Assembly (NCBI GenBank): GCA_947476745.1
Contig: CANJRG010000007.1
Coordinates: 55,913-119,912 of the forward strand
Direction: 5' to 3'
DNA from: Acidimicrobiia bacterium
GTDB taxonomy: Bacteria; Actinomycetota; Acidimicrobiia; Acidimicrobiales; CAIXPF01
DNA length: 64,000 bases
The notes beneath the pieces were generated by a model that saw nothing but the letters and a program-made list of their open reading frames with translations, did not search any database and had not been told where the DNA came from. A program made the translations under genes and the position numbers. Positions 29,969-38,900 of this stretch are shown here, in pieces (position 1 is the stretch's first letter; every line of letters begins with the position of its first letter).

Positions 29969-30346
29969 ATGGCCCGCCGCTCCATCGACATCGACTCCTT
30001 CGCCCACGTCAACCCGATCCCGGCTGCGTCCCGGGTCGGCCCGTTGGTGGTGTCGAGCATCATCCCGCCGTTCAACCCCGGCGAACGCAAGGTCCCCAAG
30101 GACTTCCAGGACTGCGTACGCAACATCTACCTGCACATGGGCCAGATGCTCGCCGCCGCCGGCGCCGATTGGGAACACGTCGCCAAGATCACGTTCTACG
30201 TGAGCGACCTCGAGTTCCGCGAACAGCTCAACGACCAGTTCGTCGAGCACTTCCCCGACCCCGCGTCACGGCCGGCGCGCTATACCGCGCTGTCCCAGGG
30301 CGGACCCAAGGTGTCCGCCGAGTTCATCGCCTACATCGAGGACTGA
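29969..30346 (+). CDS. RidA/YjgF family protein
   Basis: HVNPIPAASRVG, FPDPASRPAR. Confidence 0.88.
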   Translation: MARRSIDIDSFAHVNPIPAASRVGPLVVSSIIPPFNPGERKVPKDFQDCVRNIYLHMGQMLAAAGADWEHVAKITFYVSDLEFREQLNDQFVEHFPDPASRPARYTALSQGGPKVSAEFIAYIED

Positions 30347-30373
30347 CGGCCACAAGCCGGCGCACGGGCCCGC

Positions 30374-31735
30374 TCAGAAGGCCCGGGCGTCCGCGAGGGC
30401 CCGGTCGATGAAGGTGTCGGTCGAACCGGCGACCGACCCCGGCGAGAACACCGCATCGACCGCGGCCTCGCCGAGCACGGCGGTGACGTCGGGTCGGCCA
30501 CCGAGCACCGCCCGTAGCTGCCGACCGCCGGCCAGCGCCTCGGTGCAGGCCTGCTCGACCAACCGCTGGGCCTCGAGCCGGCCCAGCGCCGGCGCCAGGG
30601 CCGCGGTCGCGGCCTCGGCGTACAGCAGCCCGCCGGTACGGGCCAGGTTCGCGGCCATCGCCACGGGGACCGGTTCGAGATGCTCGAGCACGTCGACCAG
30701 CCACGCCGCCGCCGACCCGGTGCTGCGCAACGCCGTGGTGAGCGGCTGCCACTCGGCGTGCCACGCCCCGGCGGCCCGTTCGTGTTCGTGGGCCATCGAG
30801 CCCAACAGGGTGGCCACCTCCCCCGGCACGGTCCGGGCCGCGGCCAGCACCGACACCGCGGCCACCGGGTTGCGCTTGTGCGGCATGGCCGACGAGCCGC
30901 CCCGGCTGGCAGCGGTGTCGCGCACCTCGGCCACCTCGGTCTGCGCCAGCAGCACGACATCACCGGCCACCTTGGCCGCAGCGCCTGCGGCGAGGCCCAG
31001 CACCCCGGCCAGCTCGGCGATCCGGCTGCGCTCGGTGTGCCACGGCAGGACCGGCTCGGCCAGGCCCAGGCGACTGGCGAAGGCCGCGAGCACCGCAGGG
31101 CCCGACCGGCCGTAAACCGACAGGGTCCCCACCGCGCCCCCGAGCTGCACCGCCGGCAGCTCCGCCATGGCCCGCTCGACCCGACGCCCGGCGGCGACCA
31201 GGCCCGACGTCCAGCCGGCGGCCTTCAGCCCGAAGGTGATGGGGGCGGCGTGCTGGCCCAGGGTCCGGCCGACCATGGCCAGGTGCCGATGGGTCTCGGA
31301 CAGCTGCACGGCGCGGCGCACCGCCAGGCGCAGATCGCCGGCCAGCGCGGCGAGGGCCGCCCGGCTCACCAACATGGCGGCGGTGTCGATGATGTCCTGG
31401 CTGGTCGCCCCGCGGTGCACCAGCTGCGCCGCCGCCGGGTCGACCGCGGCCACTGCGGTGCTCAGCGCCCGGACCAGCGGGATCACCGGGTTGGCGCCGT
31501 CGACGGCGTCGCGGCCCAGCGCATCGAGGTCGAAGGCCTCGGCCCGACACGCTGCGGCCACCACGGCGGCGTGGGCCACGGTGGCCAGGCCGGCGTCGGC
31601 CTGGGCCACGGCCAGCGCGGCCTCGGCGTCGAGCATGGCCTGCAGCCACGCCGCATCGGTGGTGGCGGCAAAGGCCGCGCCGCGGGACAGCACCGGGCCG
31701 AACAGGCCCCGCTCGCTCGTCGCCGCGTCGCTCAC
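30374..31735 (-). CDS. pcaB: 3-carboxy-cis,cis-muconate cycloisomerase
   Basis: HRGATSQDIIDT, GRTLGQ, GGSSAMPHKRNP, EHERAAGAWHAEW; GTG overlaps pcaG stop. Confidence 0.93.
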   Translation of the reverse strand: MSDAATSERGLFGPVLSRGAAFAATTDAAWLQAMLDAEAALAVAQADAGLATVAHAAVVAAACRAEAFDLDALGRDAVDGANPVIPLVRALSTAVAAVDPAAAQLVHRGATSQDIIDTAAMLVSRAALAALAGDLRLAVRRAVQLSETHRHLAMVGRTLGQHAAPITFGLKAAGWTSGLVAAGRRVERAMAELPAVQLGGAVGTLSVYGRSGPAVLAAFASRLGLAEPVLPWHTERSRIAELAGVLGLAAGAAAKVAGDVVLLAQTEVAEVRDTAASRGGSSAMPHKRNPVAAVSVLAAARTVPGEVATLLGSMAHEHERAAGAWHAEWQPLTTALRSTGSAAAWLVDVLEHLEPVPVAMAANLARTGGLLYAEAATAALAPALGRLEAQRLVEQACTEALAGGRQLRAVLGGRPDVTAVLGEAAVDAVFSPGSVAGSTDTFIDRALADARAF

Positions 31736-32346
31736 AGCGCGAAGAACACGGTCTCGTCCTCGCCCTGCAGACGCACGGCGAAGTGGTACCCGTCCTCGGT
31801 GGCGGTGGCCACCAGCGTCGGGCGACGGGCCGGCTCGACCAGCTCGGCGAGCACCGGGTCGGTAGCGGTGGCGGCGGCCTCGTCGGCGAAGTAGATCCGG
31901 GTCACGACCCGGTCGAGCAGGCCGCGGGCGAACACCGACACGGCGAGGTGCGGGGCCGCCCAGCGACGGCCGGCGGCGGGCACCGGGCCCGGCTTGACGG
32001 TGTGGATCGCCCAGCGGCCCTCGTCGTCGGTGGGGCACCGACCGAAGCCGACGAAACCGGCCGGCACGTCGGCGTCACCGGTGGCGGTCTGCCAGGTCTC
32101 GACCACGGCGTCGGCCACCGGGTCACCGTTGCCGTCGGTGACCGTGCCCCGCACCCAGAACCCCCCGGCCGTACCGACCGGTACGACGAGGGCTTCGGCG
32201 GGATCGGCCAGGGCCAGGTGCAGGAACGGGCCTACGGTCTGCGACGGCGACACGCCGAACGCGGCACCGCTGGTCATCACCGGTGGCCGGTGGTGCGCCA
32301 AGTCGGGCTGTGCGTGGTCGGGCTGTTCCAGGTCAGACATGACCAT
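31732..32346 (-). CDS. pcaG: Protocatechuate 3,4-dioxygenase alpha subunit
   Basis: SQTVGPF, FGR, TVKPG, FARGLL, TRIYF, QGEDETVFF. Confidence 0.95.
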   Translation of the reverse strand: MVMSDLEQPDHAQPDLAHHRPPVMTSGAAFGVSPSQTVGPFLHLALADPAEALVVPVGTAGGFWVRGTVTDGNGDPVADAVVETWQTATGDADVPAGFVGFGRCPTDDEGRWAIHTVKPGPVPAAGRRWAAPHLAVSVFARGLLDRVVTRIYFADEAAATATDPVLAELVEPARRPTLVATATEDGYHFAVRLQGEDETVFFAL

Positions 32347-33076
32347 CCTCGCCGGGCGGTTCGAAGGGGACGGCGAGCGGGCCGCGCAGCACGATGTCCC
32401 AACGGAACCCCAACGCCCACTCGGCCTCGGTCAGCCCGTGGTCGTAGGCGCTGACCAGCCGTTGTCGCGCCGCCGGATCGGGGATGGCCCCGAGGATGGG
32501 GTCCTGGAAGAACAGCGGGTCGTCGGGGAAGTACATCTGGGTCACCAGCCGCTGGCTGAAGGACCGGCCGAACAACGACACGTGGATGTGCGCAGGCCTC
32601 CAGGCATTGGTGTGGTTGCCCCAGGGGTAGGCGCCGGGCTTGACGGTGAGGAACCGGTAGCAGCCCTCGGCGTCGGTCACCGTACGGCCGGCACCGGTGA
32701 AGTTGGGGTCGAGCGCACCCGGCCAGCGGTCGCGCTCATGGCAGTAGCGGCCCGAGGCATTGGCCTGCCAGATCTCGATCAGCGTGTCGGGCACCGGGCG
32801 GCCGTCGGCGTCGGTCACCCGGCCGGCCACCACGATGCGCTGGCCCACCGCCTCGCCGCCGGGCCCACGGGTGAGGTCGTCATCGCCGGGCCGCACCCGG
32901 CCGGCCCCGAACAACGGACCGGTCAGCTCGTGCAGCCCGGGGGGCAACGGCACGAGCGGACGGCTCGGTGCGCGCCCGCCCGTGCTGCGGTAGGCCGGGC
33001 TGGCCAGCGGCGCGTTGGTTCCCGGCGCGGGCAGGGCGTACCCGGCCGGCAGCCCGGCGGGCTCGGGTGTGGTCAT
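32333..33076 (-). CDS. pcaH: Protocatechuate 3,4-dioxygenase beta subunit
   Basis: EIWQANASGRY, PGAYPWGNH, WRPAHIH (Tyr/Tyr/His/His Fe ligands). Confidence 0.96.
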   Translation of the reverse strand: MTTPEPAGLPAGYALPAPGTNAPLASPAYRSTGGRAPSRPLVPLPPGLHELTGPLFGAGRVRPGDDDLTRGPGGEAVGQRIVVAGRVTDADGRPVPDTLIEIWQANASGRYCHERDRWPGALDPNFTGAGRTVTDAEGCYRFLTVKPGAYPWGNHTNAWRPAHIHVSLFGRSFSQRLVTQMYFPDDPLFFQDPILGAIPDPAARQRLVSAYDHGLTEAEWALGFRWDIVLRGPLAVPFEPPGEDGHV

Positions 33077-33135
33077 CACGGCCTCCTTAACCTGCGGTCG
33101 GGGTGGAACCGTGCGGTCCGGTCCCGCTGCGGCAC

Positions 33136-34329
33136 TCAGCGACGCTCGAAGGGTAGCCCGACGTAGTTCTCGGCCAACGCCGTGGCCGCCGCCACCGACG
33201 TGGTCACCTGCTCGAGCTCGGCGAGCTGCAGCTGCCGGTCGAAGCGGTCGTCGCCGTCGAAGCGGTGCAGCATCGCGGTCATCCACGCCGCGAACCGCTG
33301 GATCCGCCACACCCGGCGCAGGCACACCGCCGAGTAGCCGTCGAGGCCTGCGGGGTCGTGGTGGCGCAGGAACCGCTCCACCGCGTCGGCGAGCACCACC
33401 ACGTCGGCCACCGCCAGGTTCAGGCCCTTGGCCCCGGTCGGCGGCACGATGTGGGCGGCGTCACCGGCCAGGAACAGCCGGCCGTGACGCATCGGCGAGG
33501 CCACGAACCCCCGCATGGTGGTGATGGCGGTCTCGAGGATGGGTCCCTGACGCAGGTCGAAACCGGCGCCGGTGGGCAGTCGGGTCGCCAGCTCGTCCCA
33601 GATGCGGTTCTCCGGCCAGTTCTCGACGGCATCGTCGGGCGTCACCTGGAGATACAGCCGGGTGACGCGGGGCGAACGCATGCTGTAGAGGGCGAAGCCC
33701 CGCTCGTGGTTGCTGTAGATCAGCTCCTCGGTGGTGGGCGGGGCCTCGGCCAGGATGCCCAACCAGGCGAAGGGGTAGACCCGGTCAGCCACCTCGAGCG
33801 CCCCGGCCGGTATCGAGGCCCGGCTGACCCCGTGGAACCCGTCGCAGCCGGCCACGATCGCCGCGTCGAGGCGATGAGACCGGCCACCGGCCCGGTAGGT
33901 GACCGACGGCGCGGTTCCGTCGGCGTCGCGCACCGTCACGTCGGCCACCTCGAAGTGCAGGGCACCGCCGCGGTCCAGCCAGGCCGCGATGAGGTCCTTG
34001 ACCACCTCCTGCTGCCCGTAGACGGTGATGTACTTGCCGGTCAGGGCCTCGAAGTCGATCCGGCGACGCTGCCCGGCGAAGGCGAACTCCACCCCGCGAT
34101 GGGTCATCGCCTCCCGGTCGAGCCGATCGGCGAGGCCCAGCTCCCGCAGCAGTTCGACCGTGGGGAACTCCAACACCCCGGCCCGAACCCGGCTCTCGAC
34201 GTGCTCGCGGCTGCAGTCCTCGAGGACCACGCAGTCGATGCCGGCCCGCGCCAGGAGGTGGGCCAGCACCAGACCGGCCGGGCCGGCCCCGATGATGGCC
34301 ACCTCGGTGCGTTCGACGCGGACGGTCAC
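33136..34329 (-). CDS. pobA: 4-hydroxybenzoate 3-monooxygenase
   Basis: GAGPAG, RVRAGVLE, YGQQE, GCDGFHG, AGDAAHIVPPTGAKGLNLA, AENYVGLP. Confidence 0.96.
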   Translation of the reverse strand: MTVRVERTEVAIIGAGPAGLVLAHLLARAGIDCVVLEDCSREHVESRVRAGVLEFPTVELLRELGLADRLDREAMTHRGVEFAFAGQRRRIDFEALTGKYITVYGQQEVVKDLIAAWLDRGGALHFEVADVTVRDADGTAPSVTYRAGGRSHRLDAAIVAGCDGFHGVSRASIPAGALEVADRVYPFAWLGILAEAPPTTEELIYSNHERGFALYSMRSPRVTRLYLQVTPDDAVENWPENRIWDELATRLPTGAGFDLRQGPILETAITTMRGFVASPMRHGRLFLAGDAAHIVPPTGAKGLNLAVADVVVLADAVERFLRHHDPAGLDGYSAVCLRRVWRIQRFAAWMTAMLHRFDGDDRFDRQLQLAELEQVTTSVAAATALAENYVGLPFERR

Positions 34330-34333
34330 GACC

Positions 34334-34418
34334 CGGCGTCTGTCATGACGCGGCGTCTGTCATGACGCGGCGTCTGTCATGACGCGGCGTCTGTCATGAC
34401 GCGGCGTCTGTCATGACG
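34334..34418. repeat. Perfect tandem repeat 5x17 bp CGGCGTCTGTCATGACG
   Basis: Five exact copies, no spacers; each carries the palindrome GTCATGAC; begins 4 bp from the pobA start. Confidence 0.97.
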
Positions 34419-34478
34419 GCGCCGGTGCCGCGCCGGTGCCCGTGCGGGACACGACGCCACCCGACCCCGAGCACCCGG

Positions 34479-34979
34479 TCAGGCCGAGCGCCAGGGCTTG
34501 GCCGTGGCCCGCACCCGGCCGAGACGGCGTTCGTCGAAGGCAGCCTGCATCATCGCCGGATAGCCGATCGGCTGCAGCGGGGAGGGCAGCCCGAGGGCCC
34601 GCTGGACCGCGATGTCGCTGTAGTACCCGGTGTAGGACTGCACCAGCAGCGCGTCGAAGGCGTCGGGAGCGTCGGCCTCGACGGTACGCAGCACGGCGTC
34701 ACGGCCTGCGCCGTCGAGCCCGGCGAAGCCGTCGGGATGGCCGGCTGCGGCGACGCGGATGCGGGCCAGAGCGGCGAGCACCGGCGGGCGCAACGCCGGC
34801 GCCTCGGCCAGGTAGCGATCGACGGCGGCGGCCGCAGCGGTGTCGCCGGCGGCGGGCATCGTGGCGTCACCGGGCAGCAGTCGGTCCTGCACCGCGCGCA
34901 GCAGTGCCAGGTCCCCGGCGGTGAGCACGGCGCCGTGGCCGCCGCTCGCCGGTCCGGACGGTTCGATGGGCGGGTTCAC
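34479..34979 (-). CDS. Gluconate 2-dehydrogenase subunit 3-like small subunit
   Basis: DRLLPGD..MPAA, FAGLD...RDAVL, SYTGYYSD; GTG overlaps GMC stop. Confidence 0.75.
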   Translation of the reverse strand: MNPPIEPSGPASGGHGAVLTAGDLALLRAVQDRLLPGDATMPAAGDTAAAAAVDRYLAEAPALRPPVLAALARIRVAAAGHPDGFAGLDGAGRDAVLRTVEADAPDAFDALLVQSYTGYYSDIAVQRALGLPSPLQPIGYPAMMQAAFDERRLGRVRATAKPWRSA

Positions 34980-36607
34980 CGCGCCACCTCCTCGAAGTGT
35001 TCGATCAGCCAGTCGGCGGTGCGGCGGGCCAGGGCCTGGATGGTGGAGGTCGGGTTGACCGGGCCGGAGGTGACGAACACGCTGCCGTCCACGACGAAAA
35101 GGTTCCCGACGTCGTGGCAGCGTCCCCAGCGGTTCACCACCGATGTGGCCGGGTCGTCGCCCATGCGGGTGGTGCCCATCAGGTGCCAGCCCGACACCCG
35201 GGTGAACGGGTCCGCGGTGACGGTGTGGGCACCGCAGGCCTCGAGCAGCTCGGCGGCCCGGGCCACCCCGTGGTCGAGCAGCACCCGGCTGTTCTCGCTC
35301 AGCGTGTAGCTGACCTTCGGGGCGGCGATGCCGTGGCTGTCGGTCTCCGTCGGTGAGAGGGTCACCCGGTTGTGGGCCTCGGGCAGGTCCTCGGCGATCA
35401 CCACCACCGTCACCCCGTGGGAGAACAGCGCCCGGTGCGCCTCGTGGTGGGCCGCGCCCCACGGCAGCCGCTTGCCGGGCCCGTCGCCGAGGGCCAGGCC
35501 GAGTGGCAGATCGTGGCGCACCACCTGCAGGGTGAAGCCCCGGGTGGCACCGCGCTCCGGGTCGGTCTCGTAGAACTCCTGGCTGTGCAGCAGCGCCCCG
35601 TTGGGGCCGCGTTCGGTGTCCAGCCGCTGTGGGAAGATGCCCTTCACCGTGGCCACCGGGTGGAACATGAAGTTGCGGCCCACCTGGTCGCTGGAATTGG
35701 CCAGCCCGTTGGGGAAGCGGGCGGAGACCGAGTTGAGCAGCAACCGCGGGGTACCCACCCCGTTGGCGCCGAGCACCACCACCCGGGCCCGCTGCACCCG
35801 GAGGCGGCCGTCGCGGTCGTAGTACACGACCCCGTCGACCAGGCCGCCGTCGTCGACGGTGAGCTCGCGGACCCGCGCCCGGGTGATCAGCTCGACACCG
35901 AGGGCCAGCGCATCGGGCAGGTAGGTGACGTGGGCGCTCGACATCGCCCCGACGGGACAGCCCAGGTCGCAGGGCCCGCACCCGTTGCAGGCGGCACGGG
36001 CCGCGTCACGAGGGGCGGTGATCATGGCCACGTCCGACGGCCACCAGTGCCAGCCCAGCTGCTCGAGGCCACCGACCACGGCCTCGCCAGCCGCGCCGAG
36101 CGGCAACGGGCGGTCGCTGCGCGGGGTACGCGGCGGGTTGGCCGGGTCGCCATTGAGGCCGGCCACGCCGATGGCCGCGTCGTTCGCCTCGTAGTACGGC
36201 TCGAGCTCCCAGTAATCGACCGGCCAGTCCAGTCCGACGCCGTCGAGACTGCGCACCCGGAAGTCCGACGGGCGGAGGCGCGGGAAGTGGCCGCTCCAGT
36301 GGATCGTGCTCCCCCCGACCGCATTGAACATCAGGGGGTCGACGGGGCTGTCGGTTGCGTCGACCGGGTAGTCCTCGGGCAGCTTGCGCACGTTTGGGTC
36401 ACGGTTGAACACCGACTGGCGGAAGCGCTCGGCGTCGACCCGGTTCTGCGGGTAGGCCGACGGGTCGATCCAGTCGCCCTGCTCGAGCACCACCACCCGT
36501 AGGCCGGCGCGGGCCAACGCCCACGCGGCAGCGGCGCCTGATGCACCGGCGCCGATGATCACGACATCGGCCGGTGTGTCCGCCCCGTCCGGTCCCGGCT
36601 CGACCAT
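34976..36607 (-). CDS. GMC family FAD oxidoreductase
   Basis: IGAGASG, GGSTIHW, CNGCGPCDLGC, HLMGT, NPTST. Confidence 0.93.
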   Translation of the reverse strand: MVEPGPDGADTPADVVIIGAGASGAAAAWALARAGLRVVVLEQGDWIDPSAYPQNRVDAERFRQSVFNRDPNVRKLPEDYPVDATDSPVDPLMFNAVGGSTIHWSGHFPRLRPSDFRVRSLDGVGLDWPVDYWELEPYYEANDAAIGVAGLNGDPANPPRTPRSDRPLPLGAAGEAVVGGLEQLGWHWWPSDVAMITAPRDAARAACNGCGPCDLGCPVGAMSSAHVTYLPDALALGVELITRARVRELTVDDGGLVDGVVYYDRDGRLRVQRARVVVLGANGVGTPRLLLNSVSARFPNGLANSSDQVGRNFMFHPVATVKGIFPQRLDTERGPNGALLHSQEFYETDPERGATRGFTLQVVRHDLPLGLALGDGPGKRLPWGAAHHEAHRALFSHGVTVVVIAEDLPEAHNRVTLSPTETDSHGIAAPKVSYTLSENSRVLLDHGVARAAELLEACGAHTVTADPFTRVSGWHLMGTTRMGDDPATSVVNRWGRCHDVGNLFVVDGSVFVTSGPVNPTSTIQALARRTADWLIEHFEEVAR

Positions 36608-36840
36608 CGCCCTCTCCCGATCGTTCGTCGAGCGTTGCACCGTTCCGCCCCACGGCGCACCCCGGCAACACACCGGCCATGCTGCCACGCGAACCCGGCC
36701 CACACCTGATCGAGCGGGCCACCCACCACCCATCTGGAGCTGACGGCACCAGACCAAGAGCCGGCGACGGGCCAGTAGCGTACCGCCCACCGGCACCCGC
36801 GGACACCGGACCGGAAGCCCCCAGAAGACCGGAGCACGCC

Positions 36841-37377
36841 ATGGCCGACGCTGCCGTCACCCCCGCCGCCGAACGGCCCGTCGCCGCCGCGGTCCACCGC
36901 CTCAACCACGCCGTGCTCTTCGTGCGTGACGCCGACGCCGCAGGTCGCTTCTACTGCGAGCAGCTCGGCTTCGCCGTGGTACACCGCTTGGCCGGCCGGG
37001 CGGTGTTCCTGCGGGCCAACGGCTCGACCAACGACCACGACCTGGGCCTTTTCAGCGTCGGCGACGGGGCAGCTCCCCGCACCCCCCAGGGCATCGGGCT
37101 GTACCACCTGGCTTGGCAGGTCGACACCGTCGACCAGTTGGCGCTGCTGCAGCAGCGCCTCGGTGCGGCCGGCGCCCTCGTCGGCATGTCCGACCACGGG
37201 GTGTCCCGGTCGCTGTACGCCGTGGACCCCGACGGCAACGAGTTCGAGGTGATGTGGGCCGTGCCACGCGACCAGTGGCCCGCAACCCCCGGCGTGGCCC
37301 CACTCGACCTCGCGGCGGACCTCGCCCGCCATGGCGGCGTGTCGACCCTGAACCAGCTCACCGTCAGCCCAGTCTGA
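36841..37377 (+). CDS. VOC/glyoxalase family protein
   Basis: LNHAVL, HDLGL, GLYHLAW, DHGVSRSLY..DPDGNEFE. Confidence 0.9.
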   Translation: MADAAVTPAAERPVAAAVHRLNHAVLFVRDADAAGRFYCEQLGFAVVHRLAGRAVFLRANGSTNDHDLGLFSVGDGAAPRTPQGIGLYHLAWQVDTVDQLALLQQRLGAAGALVGMSDHGVSRSLYAVDPDGNEFEVMWAVPRDQWPATPGVAPLDLAADLARHGGVSTLNQLTVSPV

Positions 37378-37397
37378 ACGCCGGAGGAACAACCACC

Positions 37398-37952
37398 ATG
37401 CCCACCCCCTGCCCCGAAGCCGACGGCTCCAGCGGGGCGCGTCGCCTCTTCGACGAACCGCCACCGCTGTGCATCGACCGTACTCATCGGTATGACGCCC
37501 GGATCGAGACCGGGATCGGCACCCTGGTCGCCGCGCTCGACCCCTACGCTGCATTCCAGACGGTGAACAACTTCGTGGTCCTCGCCCGCTACCACTTCTA
37601 CGACGGCCTGACCTTCCACCGCATCATCAAGGGCTTCATGTGCCAGGCCGGCTGCCCCGAGGGCGACGGCCGGGGCGGGCCGGGCTACACCTTCGCCGAC
37701 GAACTGCCCAAGCCCGGGCGCTACGAGCTGGGGTCGCTGGCGATGGCCAACGCCGGGCCGAACACCAACGGCAGCCAGTTCTTCATCATCTCCGGACCGC
37801 AGGGTATGCGCCTGCCGCCGCAGTACAACCTGTTCGGCAAAGTGCTGCGCGGGCTCGACGTGCTCGACCAGATCCAGTCGATGCCGACCCGCGGCGACGC
37901 CCCGGTCGAGCCGGTGACCATCGAGTCGATCACCATCGTCGAACGAGACTGA
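37398..37952 (+). CDS. Cyclophilin-type peptidyl-prolyl isomerase
   Basis: FHRII.GFM.Q, AMANAGPNTNGSQFFI, FGKV; GGAGG RBS. Confidence 0.94.
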   Translation: MPTPCPEADGSSGARRLFDEPPPLCIDRTHRYDARIETGIGTLVAALDPYAAFQTVNNFVVLARYHFYDGLTFHRIIKGFMCQAGCPEGDGRGGPGYTFADELPKPGRYELGSLAMANAGPNTNGSQFFIISGPQGMRLPPQYNLFGKVLRGLDVLDQIQSMPTRGDAPVEPVTIESITIVERD

Positions 37953-38002
37953 GCGAACCCGGCCCGCGACGCCGGCCGGGCCGGCCCGAAGGGTCCGGCG
38001 GA

Positions 38003-38803
38003 TCAGGAGCGGGCAGGAAACAGCCTGGCCTGCAGCCGCCGCATGCCGACCAGCCAACGCTCGAGATCGGCCGTCTTGCGTTCGATCCAGGTTTGGGCGA
38101 TGGGGTCGGTCAGCACCAGGAAGCGCTCCTCGGCAAAGGCGTCGAGGACCTGCTGCGCCACCTCGCCGGCCTCGCGGATGGGCCCAGCAGCGTTGCGGGC
38201 GAAATCCGACGAGGTATCGAGCATCGGCGTGTTCACGCCGAGCGGGGCCAACAGGTGCACCCGGATGCCCCGGTCGTGGTAGCTGATCGACAGCCACTCG
38301 GCGAGGCCCACGACCGCGTGCTTGGTGGTGGCGTAGGTGCAGGCGCCGTGGCTGGTGAGGATGCCCGCCATCGACGCGGTGTGCTCGATGATCCCGCTGC
38401 CCCGCTCGAGCATGTGGGGCAGCACGGCCCGCACCGCGTACACGTGCGCCATCACGTTGACCTGCCACTGCTGGTCCCACACTCCGATGGGCGTGGCCAT
38501 GATGTCGCCGTCGTTGGCAATGCCGGCGTTGTTGCACAGCACGTCGATGCGGCCGAAACGGTCCATGACCGCGTCGACCATGCGGTTGACGTCGGCCTCG
38601 TCGCCGACGTCGCAACCGATGGCCAGGCCGCGTTCACCCAACTCCGCCGCCACCGCCTCGGCGCCGGCCAGGTTGCGGTCCACCACCGCCACCCCGGCCG
38701 CCCCGGCCGCGGCCAAGGCTCGGCACAACGCCGCACCGATCCCGCTTCCACCGCCGGTGACGATGCACACCCGATCGTCGAGGTCCAGCCCGGTCTCGTT
38801 CAT
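38003..38803 (-). CDS. SDR family oxidoreductase
   Basis: TGGGSGIG, NNAG, YATTK. Confidence 0.92.
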   Translation of the reverse strand: MNETGLDLDDRVCIVTGGGSGIGAALCRALAAAGAAGVAVVDRNLAGAEAVAAELGERGLAIGCDVGDEADVNRMVDAVMDRFGRIDVLCNNAGIANDGDIMATPIGVWDQQWQVNVMAHVYAVRAVLPHMLERGSGIIEHTASMAGILTSHGACTYATTKHAVVGLAEWLSISYHDRGIRVHLLAPLGVNTPMLDTSSDFARNAAGPIREAGEVAQQVLDAFAEERFLVLTDPIAQTWIERKTADLERWLVGMRRLQARLFPARS

Positions 38804-38900
38804 GTCGGTCCCTCACTCACCGCCCGCCGCGCGCGGGGCTGCTCCGACCCTACCGAGTGGGCCGGGCGGGTGGGCGGGTGGGCGGATGGCTCGGTGGTGC

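Noticed and set aside
34334-34418. Possible CRISPR array (also 26912-26968, 51961-52024, 53462-53615)
   Set aside because: No unique spacers, units too short, no cas genes
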